From Gammaproteobacteria bacterium (GTDB lineage: Bacteria; Pseudomonadota; Gammaproteobacteria; Ga0077536), in the NCBI GenBank assembly GCA_965223085.1, contig OZ244981.1:4289161-4353160 (forward strand): a DNA stretch of 64,000 bases. The letters run 5' to 3'. Of the stretch, positions 20,157-29,650 are shown piece by piece. A program made the position numbers and the translations under genes. Below the pieces are notes generated by a model. The model ran no database searches, was not told the origin of the DNA, and saw nothing but the letters and a program-made list of their open reading frames with translations. Position 1 is the first letter of the stretch, and each line of letters opens with the position of its first letter.

Positions 20157-21170
20157 CTAAAGCGGGCCACCACAATGCGGGCAACGCGCCGTGGCGCCAC
20201 CGCGCGTCCGTGCTTCGGACATGATAATGGTTTCAGCGAGGTCCTCGCCGAGCCCGAGCGCTATGCGGTCTTCCTCCAGCTGCTGGCGTTCCGCGACACT
20301 GAGCACGCCGTCTTCCCATGCTTGGTCGGCACGTTTCCGATAGTTAAAGGAACGTAGATGCAAGCGTTCCGAAAAAGAAGACGCCAATAAGCCGGCCGGA
20401 AGGGCGACGATACCAACGCTCACCACGGTGATCATCGCACCGAAAACTTTGCCGCCCACTGTTACCGGTGTCACGTCGCCGTAACCCACCGTCGTCAGCG
20501 TTGCAAATGCCCACCACATCGAAGCTGGGATACTCCCGAATGCTTCTGGTTGCACCTCTCTTTCGAACAGATGCATCCCGCTTGCAGCAATTAACATGAT
20601 CACAACCAACAGCGCAAAAACGACCCCGAAATTGCGAGCATTCTCTTTGAGCACCGTCAGCAGTAAGGTCGCGGAACGCGAGTAGCGCGTAAGCTTAAAT
20701 ACCCGGATTAGGCGCAGCGCACGTAGGATGCGCATATCCACACCCGCGAGCAAACCGGCGCTCGATAAATAAAACGGCAACACCGCCGCCAAGTCCACCA
20801 GGGCCATCGGCGAAGCTATGAATCGCAGTCTTGGGTAGCGACTAGGATGGGGGTTGCCGCGATCATGCTCGCTGCAGGTCCACAAGCGCGCCAAGTATTC
20901 GAGCGTGAACACTATCACTGAGAATACTTCAAAACCCCACAGCCAATCGCCGTAGGTCGACGATACACGTTCCATCGACCCCACCACGACGGCGAGCACG
21001 TTCGCGATGATCAGGCTTATCAAAGCGATATCTACAATGCGACTGAGAACATCACCGTCGCTGGAAGGTTCAAGAATTCGATAGACGCGGGAGCGCAGCG
21101 GTAGGTCCCTGACCCCTTCCGGTGACGTGGTTTCGCGGTTCCAATTAAGTGCTTGTTTTCTCGCCACCAT
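20157..21170 (-). CDS. voltage-gated potassium channel (6TM, Kv-like)
   Basis: 337 aa with an S4 helix carrying periodic basic residues (RILRALRLIRVFKLTRYSR) and the K+ selectivity filter TTVGYGD. The C-terminal cytoplasmic tail ends in CPHCGGPL. Confidence 0.85.
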   Translation of the reverse strand: MVARKQALNWNRETTSPEGVRDLPLRSRVYRILEPSSDGDVLSRIVDIALISLIIANVLAVVVGSMERVSSTYGDWLWGFEVFSVIVFTLEYLARLWTCSEHDRGNPHPSRYPRLRFIASPMALVDLAAVLPFYLSSAGLLAGVDMRILRALRLIRVFKLTRYSRSATLLLTVLKENARNFGVVFALLVVIMLIAASGMHLFEREVQPEAFGSIPASMWWAFATLTTVGYGDVTPVTVGGKVFGAMITVVSVGIVALPAGLLASSFSERLHLRSFNYRKRADQAWEDGVLSVAERQQLEEDRIALGLGEDLAETIIMSEARTRGGATARCPHCGGPL

Positions 21171-21521
21171 CGAAAGCGCCTCGACTCATAACCGATCTCA
21201 CTAGTTAACAGTTGCACTGCGGGATCTTCCAATTGTCGGCACAGAAGGTTCAACGCTTAAGATATGCACCCCGAGATGTATTGGCGTGCTAGATGCAAAT
21301 AAGACGTTTTGAGGAAGCTTGGCTGCAAGTAGCCGTACAATGCGCGCGGGGAGATAGCAGCTAGATAGGCGCGCTGCGAGCGTGCCCGCGATGCCGCAAA
21401 ACGGCGTCCGCAGTCGTTCTTCCGCCGGCGCACACCGATGCGGGGCGCGCTAATTTACGCCGCGCCGTGAAAAATCACAGCGACGTTCTCAACTCACCGC
21501 GCCCCGCATCGAGCAGGGGCA

Positions 21522-22715
21522 CTAAGCGCGAGGCACAGCGCGGCGTTTGAGTTGCTGTGAAACCAAGCCCCCGAGCGCGAGCGATAGCAATGCCAGGGTG
21601 CCCGGCTCCGGGATCTTCGCAGCCACGATCGCCTCACTGAGAAGCAAATGGGTGCGGCTGCTAGGGTGGAGTCCGTCCCAAAACATGAAATCATTCGGGT
21701 CTAGCCCCGCCGCAGAACACAAGTCCGTGAATCAGGCATCGAGACATGGACCAACGCCACCCGGAAAACCCGCCCCGACGGGGTCGGCCAAGACCCTCGC
21801 GCCGAGATCACCGAGCAAAGCATAGGTGTCGAGCAACATGATATCGATGCCGAGCGTAGCGCGTAACTCGGCGATCGTGAGTTCGAGTGCGTTGTTATAC
21901 GCTGCGGCGCCATCAGACAACTCCGGCGCACGTCCGCTGAAAAAACCAAACGGCGTTAAACCGATGTCGGGAATATTCGGCACTAAAAACTCGGTGGCAC
22001 CAAAACCGGCTAGCGTCTCGATAGCTTCGCGTACTTTGGTAACCGCCGCTCCCGCAAGCTGTGGTGCGGTGCTGCCTTGTTCGTCGGCGAAGACCAGATC
22101 ATTCGCGCCCGCCCACACGACGTGCCAGGCCGTTGCCGAGGCACTGCCGCCGCTCAATAAACTATATAACTCAACTTGCTGCTGAAGGCCGGGAAACCCG
22201 GGGGCACCTAGGAAACGATCGTTCGTGTTGAAGGAATCACCGCCGCCACCGACACCCGGCGGGAATGGATAGGAATTCGCATACGCCCCACCGACTGCAA
22301 AATTATCGAATCCTCCGGTCAACGCCCCGCTCAGAAACGCGTTATTCACCGGGCCGGCGCCATAGCGCTGAGCGAGATGATCGACCCACACCGGCCCATT
22401 GGAAAAACGCTCTGCGTACGGGGGACTAGGCGGAATTCTTGGTGTATCGGGCGGCAAACCGAGGCTGTCAAACAGCGCGTCGCTAATGCCAAACATATTG
22501 CCTGTATCGGATAGGCTATCACCGAAAATGACCACTTCAAGCGGTGATCCGAGGCCGCCGATGGGAACGAGAAGGATGAGAAGGATCAACCCGCTGTGAA
22601 ATATCTTCGCAATCATAATGTGCTCCTCCGAATGCGTGAAGCAAGTTTGTTCTATTGTCGGATAATGCAAGGCACGAACAGTGCCAAGGGCTAATTCAAG
22701 TGAAAATTCCAGCAA
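21522..22715 (-). pseudogene. GDSL/SGNH lipase with C-terminal PEP-CTERM sorting signal, interrupted by in-frame TGA
   Basis: Signal peptide, then block I VVIFGDSLSDTGN. After an in-frame TGA at 21732..21734, the same frame continues with block V FWDGLHPSS and a PEP-CTERM tail IPEPGTLALLSLALGGLVSQQLKRR. Reading the minus strand by hand confirmed the frame is continuous (..GPCLDA*FTDLCSAAGLDPNDFMFWDGLHP..). Confidence 0.7.
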
Positions 22716-22803
22716 TTAACATTATCTCAATGCAGCGCCATGCGGAATATGTAAAGTTTTTTGACAGCACTTCGCAGCCAATCGATGTGCTTTTATCGCG
22801 TCG

Positions 22804-22903
22804 CGACGGGTGATGGCGGAGAGAGAGGGATTCGAACCCTCGAAGGGCGTCAACCCTTGCCGGTTTTCAAGACCGGTGCATTCAACCGCTCTGCCACCTC
22901 TCC
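22804..22903 (-). tRNA. tRNA-Ser (anticodon UGA)
   Basis: The reverse complement reads GGAGAGGTGGCAGAGCGGTTGAATGCACCGGTCTTGAAAACCGG...GGGTTCGAATCCCTCTCTCTCCGCCA. It is 90 nt with a long variable arm. Confidence 0.9.
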
Positions 22904-23283
22904 GCTGTTGTTAGCCGCCACTTGCACGCACTACTAGCGTTGCAATGATTCCAATGCGCTCGATCACTAGCACCTGGCCGGCACTGCGAGACGCTAAAGT
23001 GTTCGCCAGGCTCGTTTGGCGGCAACACTCACCGCACCGATTACCATTCACCCCTCGAAACATAATGCGAGAATAACTGCTAAACGGCTAGCTCAACTGT
23101 GCCCGGTCGGCGACTCGAGCGCTCCCGCACGACCTCAGAATTAAGTAAACTGTGTGCGTATTAGTTCGTCTCGTTAGCGGTAATCAGCATACCGATTGTA
23201 AGGATCAGACGCCAACAATGGGCGGGGAGTTGCGTGATAATAGTAACTAGCGATGACCGCGCCGATTATCTCGGCTTACGGGC

Positions 23284-24903
23284 TTGGTTCGCACCGAAAT
23301 GCCTAGCTACGCGAAAATGACCGAACACCCAGCGCCACTCAAACGTGTTACCCACCCCTCACCGTTGCGCGACGAAACGGTCGCGATCATCGGGGGCTGC
23401 ATCATGGTGGTGGCCGCGATCGCGATCTACTTCGGCGAATTTCCGCGCGGACAGATGCTCATGTGGGGACTCGCGATGTTCGTTCTCTACGCATTGCAAG
23501 TTGCACTCAGCGTCGCGAGACACCGCCGTCCGCATATCGCAAGCGAGGGCGATACGCCACCGACGCTCGCGATCACCGCTATCGTACTAGTGAGTGCCGC
23601 CTGGGGACTAGGCATCGTTGCAGTCTTTCTAAAGCTCGGATTCGACGCGTCCGTGGCAGCACTACTGATCGGCTATGTTATCGTCATTTTTACCGTCTGC
23701 TGCTACCCCGCGTCGACGCTGGCAACCCTGGTGGGGAGTTGTCTCGTACTCGGCCCAGCGGCGCTTTTTTATCTCTTGAAAAGCCCCCTGCCGCCGCTAC
23801 CAATAGGTTTATTGGTCGTCGCGAGCATGCTCGCCGTGCTACTCAGCACCGACAAGCGGCGCCACATCCCGCAGACCTTGGCGATCTTGCAAGGTGAAAG
23901 TGAACAGATGACGAAACTATTGCACGAACGCAACGCTGAAATTGAGCACCATCGCGCTACCGCCAATGCCAACCAAGCAAAACTCGAAGAAATCGAACAC
24001 ACCTTGCAACACACCGTTGCCGAACTCGGGCTAGCAAAAGGAAAGGCGCAAGCAGTCTCGGCAACGCTCGAGCAAGTCTCACCTTATTGCCCCGTGACTG
24101 ATCTTTGCAATCGTCGCCACTTTGACCAGCGGCTAGATGCTGAATGGCGACGCACGGAACGTGAAAGACTACCACTCACGGTCCTTATCGTGGGCTTCGG
24201 TGATTTCGCGGAATTTGTGCGGGCGCGTGGCAGGCAGGCGAGCGATACCGTCCTCAAACGGTTCGCTGAGATGACGCAAACACTTGTTCGCCGCCCTCAC
24301 GACCTTGCCGCGCGCTACGACGATGCCCGCTTCGCATTACTTTTGCCCGGTTGCGACATCGCACACGGCAACGAAACCGCGGAGACATTGCGTGCCCTGG
24401 TCGAGCGGGCCGATATTTCCCACCCCGGCAAACATGGTCAGGAACGCCTCAGCGCACATATCGGCGTGGCGACCGTGCTCCCGCGGCGCAACGGCAACGT
24501 CGAGGCCCTGCGCGCGCAGGTAACATCTGCTTGCGAAGAAGCGCGCGAGACCGGCGGAAACAAAGTCGTCCGCTATCAGCCGTTGCAAAAATTTCGCGTG
24601 CAACACTGGGAGCGGGCCCACGATGGCCCCTTAAGCGAACAAAGCATGCTGCAAAAATTGCTCGAGTGGGACTATGACACCCGCCACGCGACCTTGGCCG
24701 CGGGCGAGACCGTCGCGCATGCACCCCATGAACTCGAGACCGTGTTCGCGCTTCTCACCGGGCAGCTGGAACTCGACGTCGATGGCCACACGAAAACCGT
24801 CAGCGGCGGCGATATCGTGTATGTCCCCCGCGGTGCCGGCGCAATCTTGCGCGTGCTCGGTGACGTGCCGGTTACAAAAATCACCGCGCATCGAGGCACC
24901 TAA
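23284..24903 (+). CDS. membrane protein with degenerate GGDEF domain and C-terminal cupin domain
   Basis: 539 aa with an N-terminal ~200-aa 6-TM region, a coiled coil, and a GGDEF-fold domain (NRRHFDQRLDAEWRR...LTVLIVGFGDFAEF...ARYDDARFALLLPGCD). The signature GG[DE]EF is replaced by YDDARF and the metal-binding Asp residues are lost. A cupin_2-like beta-barrel follows (HELETVFALLTGQLELDVDGHTKTVSGGDIVYVPRGAGA). Confidence 0.7.
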   Translation: MVRTEMPSYAKMTEHPAPLKRVTHPSPLRDETVAIIGGCIMVVAAIAIYFGEFPRGQMLMWGLAMFVLYALQVALSVARHRRPHIASEGDTPPTLAITAIVLVSAAWGLGIVAVFLKLGFDASVAALLIGYVIVIFTVCCYPASTLATLVGSCLVLGPAALFYLLKSPLPPLPIGLLVVASMLAVLLSTDKRRHIPQTLAILQGESEQMTKLLHERNAEIEHHRATANANQAKLEEIEHTLQHTVAELGLAKGKAQAVSATLEQVSPYCPVTDLCNRRHFDQRLDAEWRRTERERLPLTVLIVGFGDFAEFVRARGRQASDTVLKRFAEMTQTLVRRPHDLAARYDDARFALLLPGCDIAHGNETAETLRALVERADISHPGKHGQERLSAHIGVATVLPRRNGNVEALRAQVTSACEEARETGGNKVVRYQPLQKFRVQHWERAHDGPLSEQSMLQKLLEWDYDTRHATLAAGETVAHAPHELETVFALLTGQLELDVDGHTKTVSGGDIVYVPRGAGAILRVLGDVPVTKITAHRGT

Positions 24904-24978
24904 GGTGCCCGCACTACGGCGTCGCGCGAAGCGCCTGATAATCATAATTAGTTAACGCGACGCCAGCGAGGAGAATGT

Positions 24979-25656
24979 ATGTTTCGAACGCGCTTATTTG
25001 TCCTGTTCAATCTCGTCTTCCCACCATGTGTAGGCGCAGCCGGTGTCACCCTCGATAGCGAGCCGAAGCAATGGAGTTATGCCATTGGCTTACAGATCGG
25101 GCAATCGCTGGTTCGTCAGGGGGTGGAGATCGACCTGGATGCTTTTAGCCTCGCGGTCCGCGATGCAATAAACGGCGAAAAACCGCGTTTAACCGCCTCT
25201 GACATGCAACGCATCTTGTCCCAAGGCGAAGCACGCATCAACGCGAATTATAAGGAGCGCGCACAGCAAAACCTTAAAATTGGAAGGGAATTTCTGCGTG
25301 AGAACAAAAGCGCCGACGGCGTCGTGACCTTATCCAGTGGCCTGCAATACAAAGCGTTGCGCAAAGGTGCGGGAGCCCAACCACAACCCCACGATGCGGT
25401 CGTCGTGCACTATACCGGCACACTGGTCGACGGACGGGAATTCGATAGCTCCAAACGTCGCGGTGAAGCTGTTACTTTATCGCTGAACAAGGTGATAAAA
25501 GCATGGCAAGAGGCCATTCCGCTCATGCGAGTCGGCGCAAAATGGATGATTTACGCACCCGCCGAACTCGGCTATGGCGCCAAAGGCGCGGGTTCGATTA
25601 TCGGGCCAAACGAAGCACTGATTTTTGAAATCGAATTGCTCGACATCGCTAAATAA
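24979..25656 (+). CDS. fkpA: FKBP-type peptidyl-prolyl cis-trans isomerase (FkpA/Mip-like)
   Basis: 225 aa with a signal peptide, an N-terminal dimerisation helix and an FKBP domain (VVVHYTGTLVDGREFDSS...YAPAELGYG). Confidence 0.85.
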   Translation: MFRTRLFVLFNLVFPPCVGAAGVTLDSEPKQWSYAIGLQIGQSLVRQGVEIDLDAFSLAVRDAINGEKPRLTASDMQRILSQGEARINANYKERAQQNLKIGREFLRENKSADGVVTLSSGLQYKALRKGAGAQPQPHDAVVVHYTGTLVDGREFDSSKRRGEAVTLSLNKVIKAWQEAIPLMRVGAKWMIYAPAELGYGAKGAGSIIGPNEALIFEIELLDIAK

Positions 25657-25817
25657 AGTGTGGTCACGTTGCCGCCGATATCATCTAACGGATCATTGCT
25701 AACTATACGCTAGCGTATAGCGCCGCGCCGCGGCACGGGAATTACGATAACGATAGATTCCAGCGACACCAGCGATAACGGGGTCCGGAATTCGGGCAAA
25801 CACATAGGGAAACAATC

Positions 25818-26111
25818 GTGGTAACAGCGACACAAGTCATAGAAGTTGAACAAAAACCAGGTACCGATCCCTGGATTTTTAACGTAACGATCGCGGATTC
25901 CGCCGGCCAAACCGCTCATCGCGTCACGCTCACCGAGGCGTCATACCAAAAGCTCACCCAAGGGAAAATCTCGCCCGCTGAGTGTGTTGAGTCGGCGTTT
26001 AAGTTTTTGCTCGAACGCGAGACGAAATCGGACATTCTTAAGAGCTTCGACGTCAACGTGATTAACATGTACTTCCCCAGTTTTGAACGTGAGTTCGGCA
26101 ACTATATCTAG
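25818..26111 (+). CDS. hypothetical protein (97 aa)
   Basis: Intact ORF with lower GC than its neighbours and no recognisable motif. Preceded by an 18-bp perfect palindrome. Confidence 0.4.
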   Translation: MVTATQVIEVEQKPGTDPWIFNVTIADSAGQTAHRVTLTEASYQKLTQGKISPAECVESAFKFLLERETKSDILKSFDVNVINMYFPSFEREFGNYI

Positions 26112-26114
26112 ACC

Positions 26115-27344
26115 CTAGTCTTCGACGAGGGTTTCCGGGGCGTGATCGGCGAGCCTCTGCAGTAGCGTCAAGCCGATCACGTCGCGCCGCCAACCATGAA
26201 ACAACGGTAAATCACGTTGGCCCGCGACCGCCGCTTGCAGCGATTTACGTGAGGCAAGAACGCTCGGTGCAAGCAGGTGTTCCAAGGCCGTTTCTTGCAC
26301 GACTGTCAGGAGTTCTTTGACCAATTGGCGACCACGATGGGTAAGCCGCGGGAGCGGTTTAGGCCGCTTTTCTAAGCCACTCGGCGCTTGCTGGAGTAAC
26401 GCGACCAACTCGCTACCATGATGCCTTAGCAACGCGGGCCGAACATCGGGGATCGCGGCTAGCGCGACTGGATCACGGGGGTGGGCGCAAGCGATTGCGC
26501 GCAGCGTTTTATCTCGCAATACCCAGGCTCGCGGTCGATTGCGGCGGCGCGCCTCCCGTTCACGCCATGCGGCGAGTCGTACGGCGCACGCGAAGTCTGC
26601 GGGGGCAAGCCCGGTAATGCCTTTGACCCGCAACCACGCATCTTCCACGGGCGCATCGATTTCGATATCCCGCACCGCCCGGCTATCTTCGCTAAACCAA
26701 GCGAGCTTGCCACTCACCGACAGCTCCTCAACGAGCACGTCGCGCAGCGCTTGCAAAAACCACACGTCCAGAGCGGCGTAACGCACCGCTGCCGGCGCCA
26801 GTGGGCGACGTTGCCAGTCCGCGCGCGTAAGCGATTTGTCCAATACCACGCCGAAACGATCCGCGACGATGCGGGCGTAGGAGATCTGTTCCGGCAAGCC
26901 CAAAAATGCGGCGGCCCGCTGGGTATCAAAAATAGGTAAAAGTGACGCATCGAGCGCCAGCTTAATGACTTCGATATCTTGTTGCCCCGCGTGCACAATC
27001 TTCTCAACAGTGGGGTCCACCAATACAGCCGCGAGCGCCGATAGATCGTTTAGCGCTAGCGCGTCAACGCAGTACACGCAACCCCGGCCACGGACTTGTA
27101 GCAAACAAAGCTGCGGATAGAAGGTGTCGACCCGCATAAACTCGGTGTCAAGCGACACGTGCTGCTGTTGAGACAGATCGTCAACGACCGCGCTTAGGCC
27201 CGCGACGTCGTCGATCAAACGATATTTCACGTTTCCGGGTGCACCAACCGGCGTGCTTGAATCGTGGTGCAAAACCTTGCCCCGTTCCCAGATTGACGAT
27301 ATTTGACGCTTGATAGTGTAGCGATCCGCCGTAACCCCTGTCAT
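26115..27344 (-). CDS. rnd: ribonuclease D
   Basis: DEDDy 3'-5' exonuclease block (LDTEFMRVDTFYPQLCLLQV) followed by an HRDC region. The N-terminal start is uncertain and the ORF may begin ~30 codons later. Confidence 0.8.
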   Translation of the reverse strand: MTGVTADRYTIKRQISSIWERGKVLHHDSSTPVGAPGNVKYRLIDDVAGLSAVVDDLSQQQHVSLDTEFMRVDTFYPQLCLLQVRGRGCVYCVDALALNDLSALAAVLVDPTVEKIVHAGQQDIEVIKLALDASLLPIFDTQRAAAFLGLPEQISYARIVADRFGVVLDKSLTRADWQRRPLAPAAVRYAALDVWFLQALRDVLVEELSVSGKLAWFSEDSRAVRDIEIDAPVEDAWLRVKGITGLAPADFACAVRLAAWREREARRRNRPRAWVLRDKTLRAIACAHPRDPVALAAIPDVRPALLRHHGSELVALLQQAPSGLEKRPKPLPRLTHRGRQLVKELLTVVQETALEHLLAPSVLASRKSLQAAVAGQRDLPLFHGWRRDVIGLTLLQRLADHAPETLVED

Positions 27345-27448
27345 AAGAAGCGAACGCTAAGCCTTTAGGCTACACTAGCGGGCGTCGGCAAGGCGAATTG
27401 GCCATCGACAACAACGCTACGGCGATAAGACATAGCACCACGGGTAAA

Positions 27449-29650
27449 TTTATGAGGAAATGGGTCGCAAACCTGTTTTATATCTGGCTCGGCACAGCGG
27501 CCGCGTTACACGCGTTCGCTGTAGCGCCGCTGGTCGCGCTCGACGATATCGATCCTCAGCCTGAACACCGGCGTGCGACACGGCTGATTACCCATTTTTT
27601 GGCCAACTACCATTACAAGAAAGCGCCGCTCAACGACGAACTCTCGCAAGCCGTACTCGCGCGTTACCTCGAAGCGCTCGACCCAACTAAGAGCTACTTC
27701 TTGCAAACTGATATTGATGAATTTCAAGGTCACGCACGACGCCTGGACGACTACCTTCGCACCTCCGATCTAGACGCCGTATTCGATATCTTTGTACGTT
27801 TTCGACAACGCTTGGAAACGCAGGTTGCGTATGCCTTAGCACAATTGGATCAGCAACACGATTTTTCGCGCGAGGAAGAGTTCGTGTTCGACCGCAGCGA
27901 TGCAGACTGGCCTATAACTCGCGCGGACATAAATGAATTGTGGCGCAAACGCGTAAAAAACGACATCTTGACCTTGCGTTTAGCCGGCAAAAAACCCGAC
28001 GCTATTAGAGACACCTTGACGAAACGCTATCGGGGCTTATTACGGCGCACGGCGCAGCTCAACAATGAGGATATTTTTCAAATATTCATCAATGCGTATA
28101 CGACCGCGATCGATCCGCACACGGCGTACTTCTCGCCACGCACCTCGGAGAATTTCAAAATCCGCATGAGCCTTTCCTTGGAAGGGATCGGCGCGGTATT
28201 GCAAAGCGAAAACGAGTTTACCGTGGTACGCGAAATCGTACCCGGTGGTCCGGCCGACCTGAGTCAGAAGCTGCACGCCGAGGACCGTATCGTGGGCATA
28301 GGCCAAGGGAAACAAGGTGAATTAGTCGATGTCATTGGCTGGCGACTCGACGACGTCGTGGACCTAATCCGTGGGCCTAAAGATTCGATCGTGCAACTGC
28401 AGATCTTGCCAAAAAATGTCGGCTTGGATGGCCCGACCGAAACGATAAAACTAACCCGCAACACGATCCAACTCGAAGAACAAGCGGCGCAAAAATCGAT
28501 CCTAGAACTCGACGTTGGACACGGTGAAGAACTCAAGCTGGGTGTTATCGAAATCCCGACGTTTTATATGGACTTCGAAGCCCGTATGGCGGGCGAAGAA
28601 AATTATCGTTCTACGACGCGCGACGTGCGTAAATTGATCGGTGAATTGAATCAGCAAAACGTTGCCGGCTTGCTGATCGATTTACGGAGCAACGGCGGCG
28701 GCTCGCTGGCAGAGGCCACCGAACTCACTGGCTTATTCATCGATACCGGCCCGGTTGTGCAAGTACGCAACTCGCAAGGTCGTGTGCAACTCGAGCGAGA
28801 TACCGACGAGGGCCTGGCTTACACTGGCCCCCTGGTTGTGCTCGTCGACCGTAACAGCGCCTCGGCGTCAGAAATTTTTGCCGGCGCGATCCAGGATTAT
28901 CGCCGCGGCGTCATCGTTGGTGAGGCAACATTTGGCAAAGGGACGGTGCAAAATCTGGTCGACCTCAATCGCTTCGACGAAGAATCGGCGGGTAAACTCG
29001 GCCAGCTGAAAGCGACCATTGCTCAGTTCTTTCGTGTTCAGGGCGGTAGCACGCAACACCGAGGCGTGATCCCAGATATTAATTTTCCCACTGGCTTGAG
29101 CGCCGATGACGCCGGTGAGCGCGCGCTCGACAATGCCTTGCCATGGGCGGAGATCCCGGCGGCCCGCTTCACGCCGGCGGCGACACCACTCGTTGATTTG
29201 ATGGCCTTGCGTCGGTCACATGAGCGACGCGTGGCCAACGACGATGCTTTTCAAGCCTTGCTCGCCCAAGAACGGGCGGTTCAAGTGGCGCGCGATAAAA
29301 AGGCGCTGTCTTTAGTTGAATCTGAACGTAAAAAGGAATATGAAAAAAAACGGCACGATCAACGCGTACTGGAAAACCGTATTCGCACCGCTTATGGGCT
29401 CGAACCGCTGCCGGAAGATGCGGAAGCGGATGAGGATGTCGAGGACGACGACATCGCCTCAGAATTCGAACAAGAGAACGACAAAGAGTATGACGTGATA
29501 CTTAAAGAAGCTGGACATGTACTCGCCGACATGATCCTCTCCAACCGCCCCACCAAACGCGTCGCAGAACAGGATACTAGCAAAGGCAAAGAGTTTGCCG
29601 CCGCACACACCCCTAGCACAACAGCGGCGTCTCGCAACACTAACCCCTAG
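27449..29650 (+). CDS. prc: carboxy-terminal processing (tail-specific) protease, S41 family
   Basis: Signal peptide, then a PDZ domain and an S41 catalytic domain (LVVLVDRNSASASEIFAG...TFGKGTVQ). ~730 aa with an acidic C-terminal tail. The ORF is open from 27398 but the Met before the signal peptide is at 27449. Confidence 0.85.
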   Translation, partial: FMRKWVANLFYIWLGTAAALHAFAVAPLVALDDIDPQPEHRRATRLITHFLANYHYKKAPLNDELSQAVLARYLEALDPTKSYFLQTDIDEFQGHARRLDDYLRTSDLDAVFDIFVRFRQRLETQVAYALAQLDQQHDFSREEEFVFDRSDADWPITRADINELWRKRVKNDILTLRLAGKKPDAIRDTLTKRYRGLLRRTAQLNNEDIFQIFINAYTTAIDPHTAYFSPRTSENFKIRMSLSLEGIGAVLQSENEFTVVREIVPGGPADLSQKLHAEDRIVGIGQGKQGELVDVIGWRLDDVVDLIRGPKDSIVQLQILPKNVGLDGPTETIKLTRNTIQLEEQAAQKSILELDVGHGEELKLGVIEIPTFYMDFEARMAGEENYRSTTRDVRKLIGELNQQNVAGLLIDLRSNGGGSLAEATELTGLFIDTGPVVQVRNSQGRVQLERDTDEGLAYTGPLVVLVDRNSASASEIFAGAIQDYRRGVIVGEATFGKGTVQNLVDLNRFDEESAGKLGQLKATIAQFFRVQGGSTQHRGVIPDINFPTGLSADDAGERALDNALPWAEIPAARFTPAATPLVDLMALRRSHERRVANDDAFQALLAQERAVQVARDKKALSLVESERKKEYEKKRHDQRVLENRIRTAYGLEPLPEDAEADEDVEDDDIASEFEQENDKEYDVILKEAGHVLADMILSNRPTKRVAEQDTSKGKEFAAAHTPSTTAASRNTNP

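Noticed and set aside
21732-21734. In-frame TGA in the GDSL lipase as a selenocysteine codon
   Set aside because: No obvious SECIS-like hairpin follows the TGA, and lipases are not known selenoproteins. A nonsense mutation or sequencing error is more parsimonious. Kept only as a remote alternative.
22804-23284. Genomic island or integrase at the tRNA-Ser(UGA) 3' flank
   Set aside because: No integrase, direct-repeat duplicate of the tRNA 3' end or phage genes are visible. Downstream genes look chromosomal.
25704-25721. 18-bp palindrome as an intrinsic terminator for fkpA
   Set aside because: The hairpin is not followed by a U-tract on either strand, so an operator or structural element is as likely. 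Reported as a finding rather than a terminator feature.
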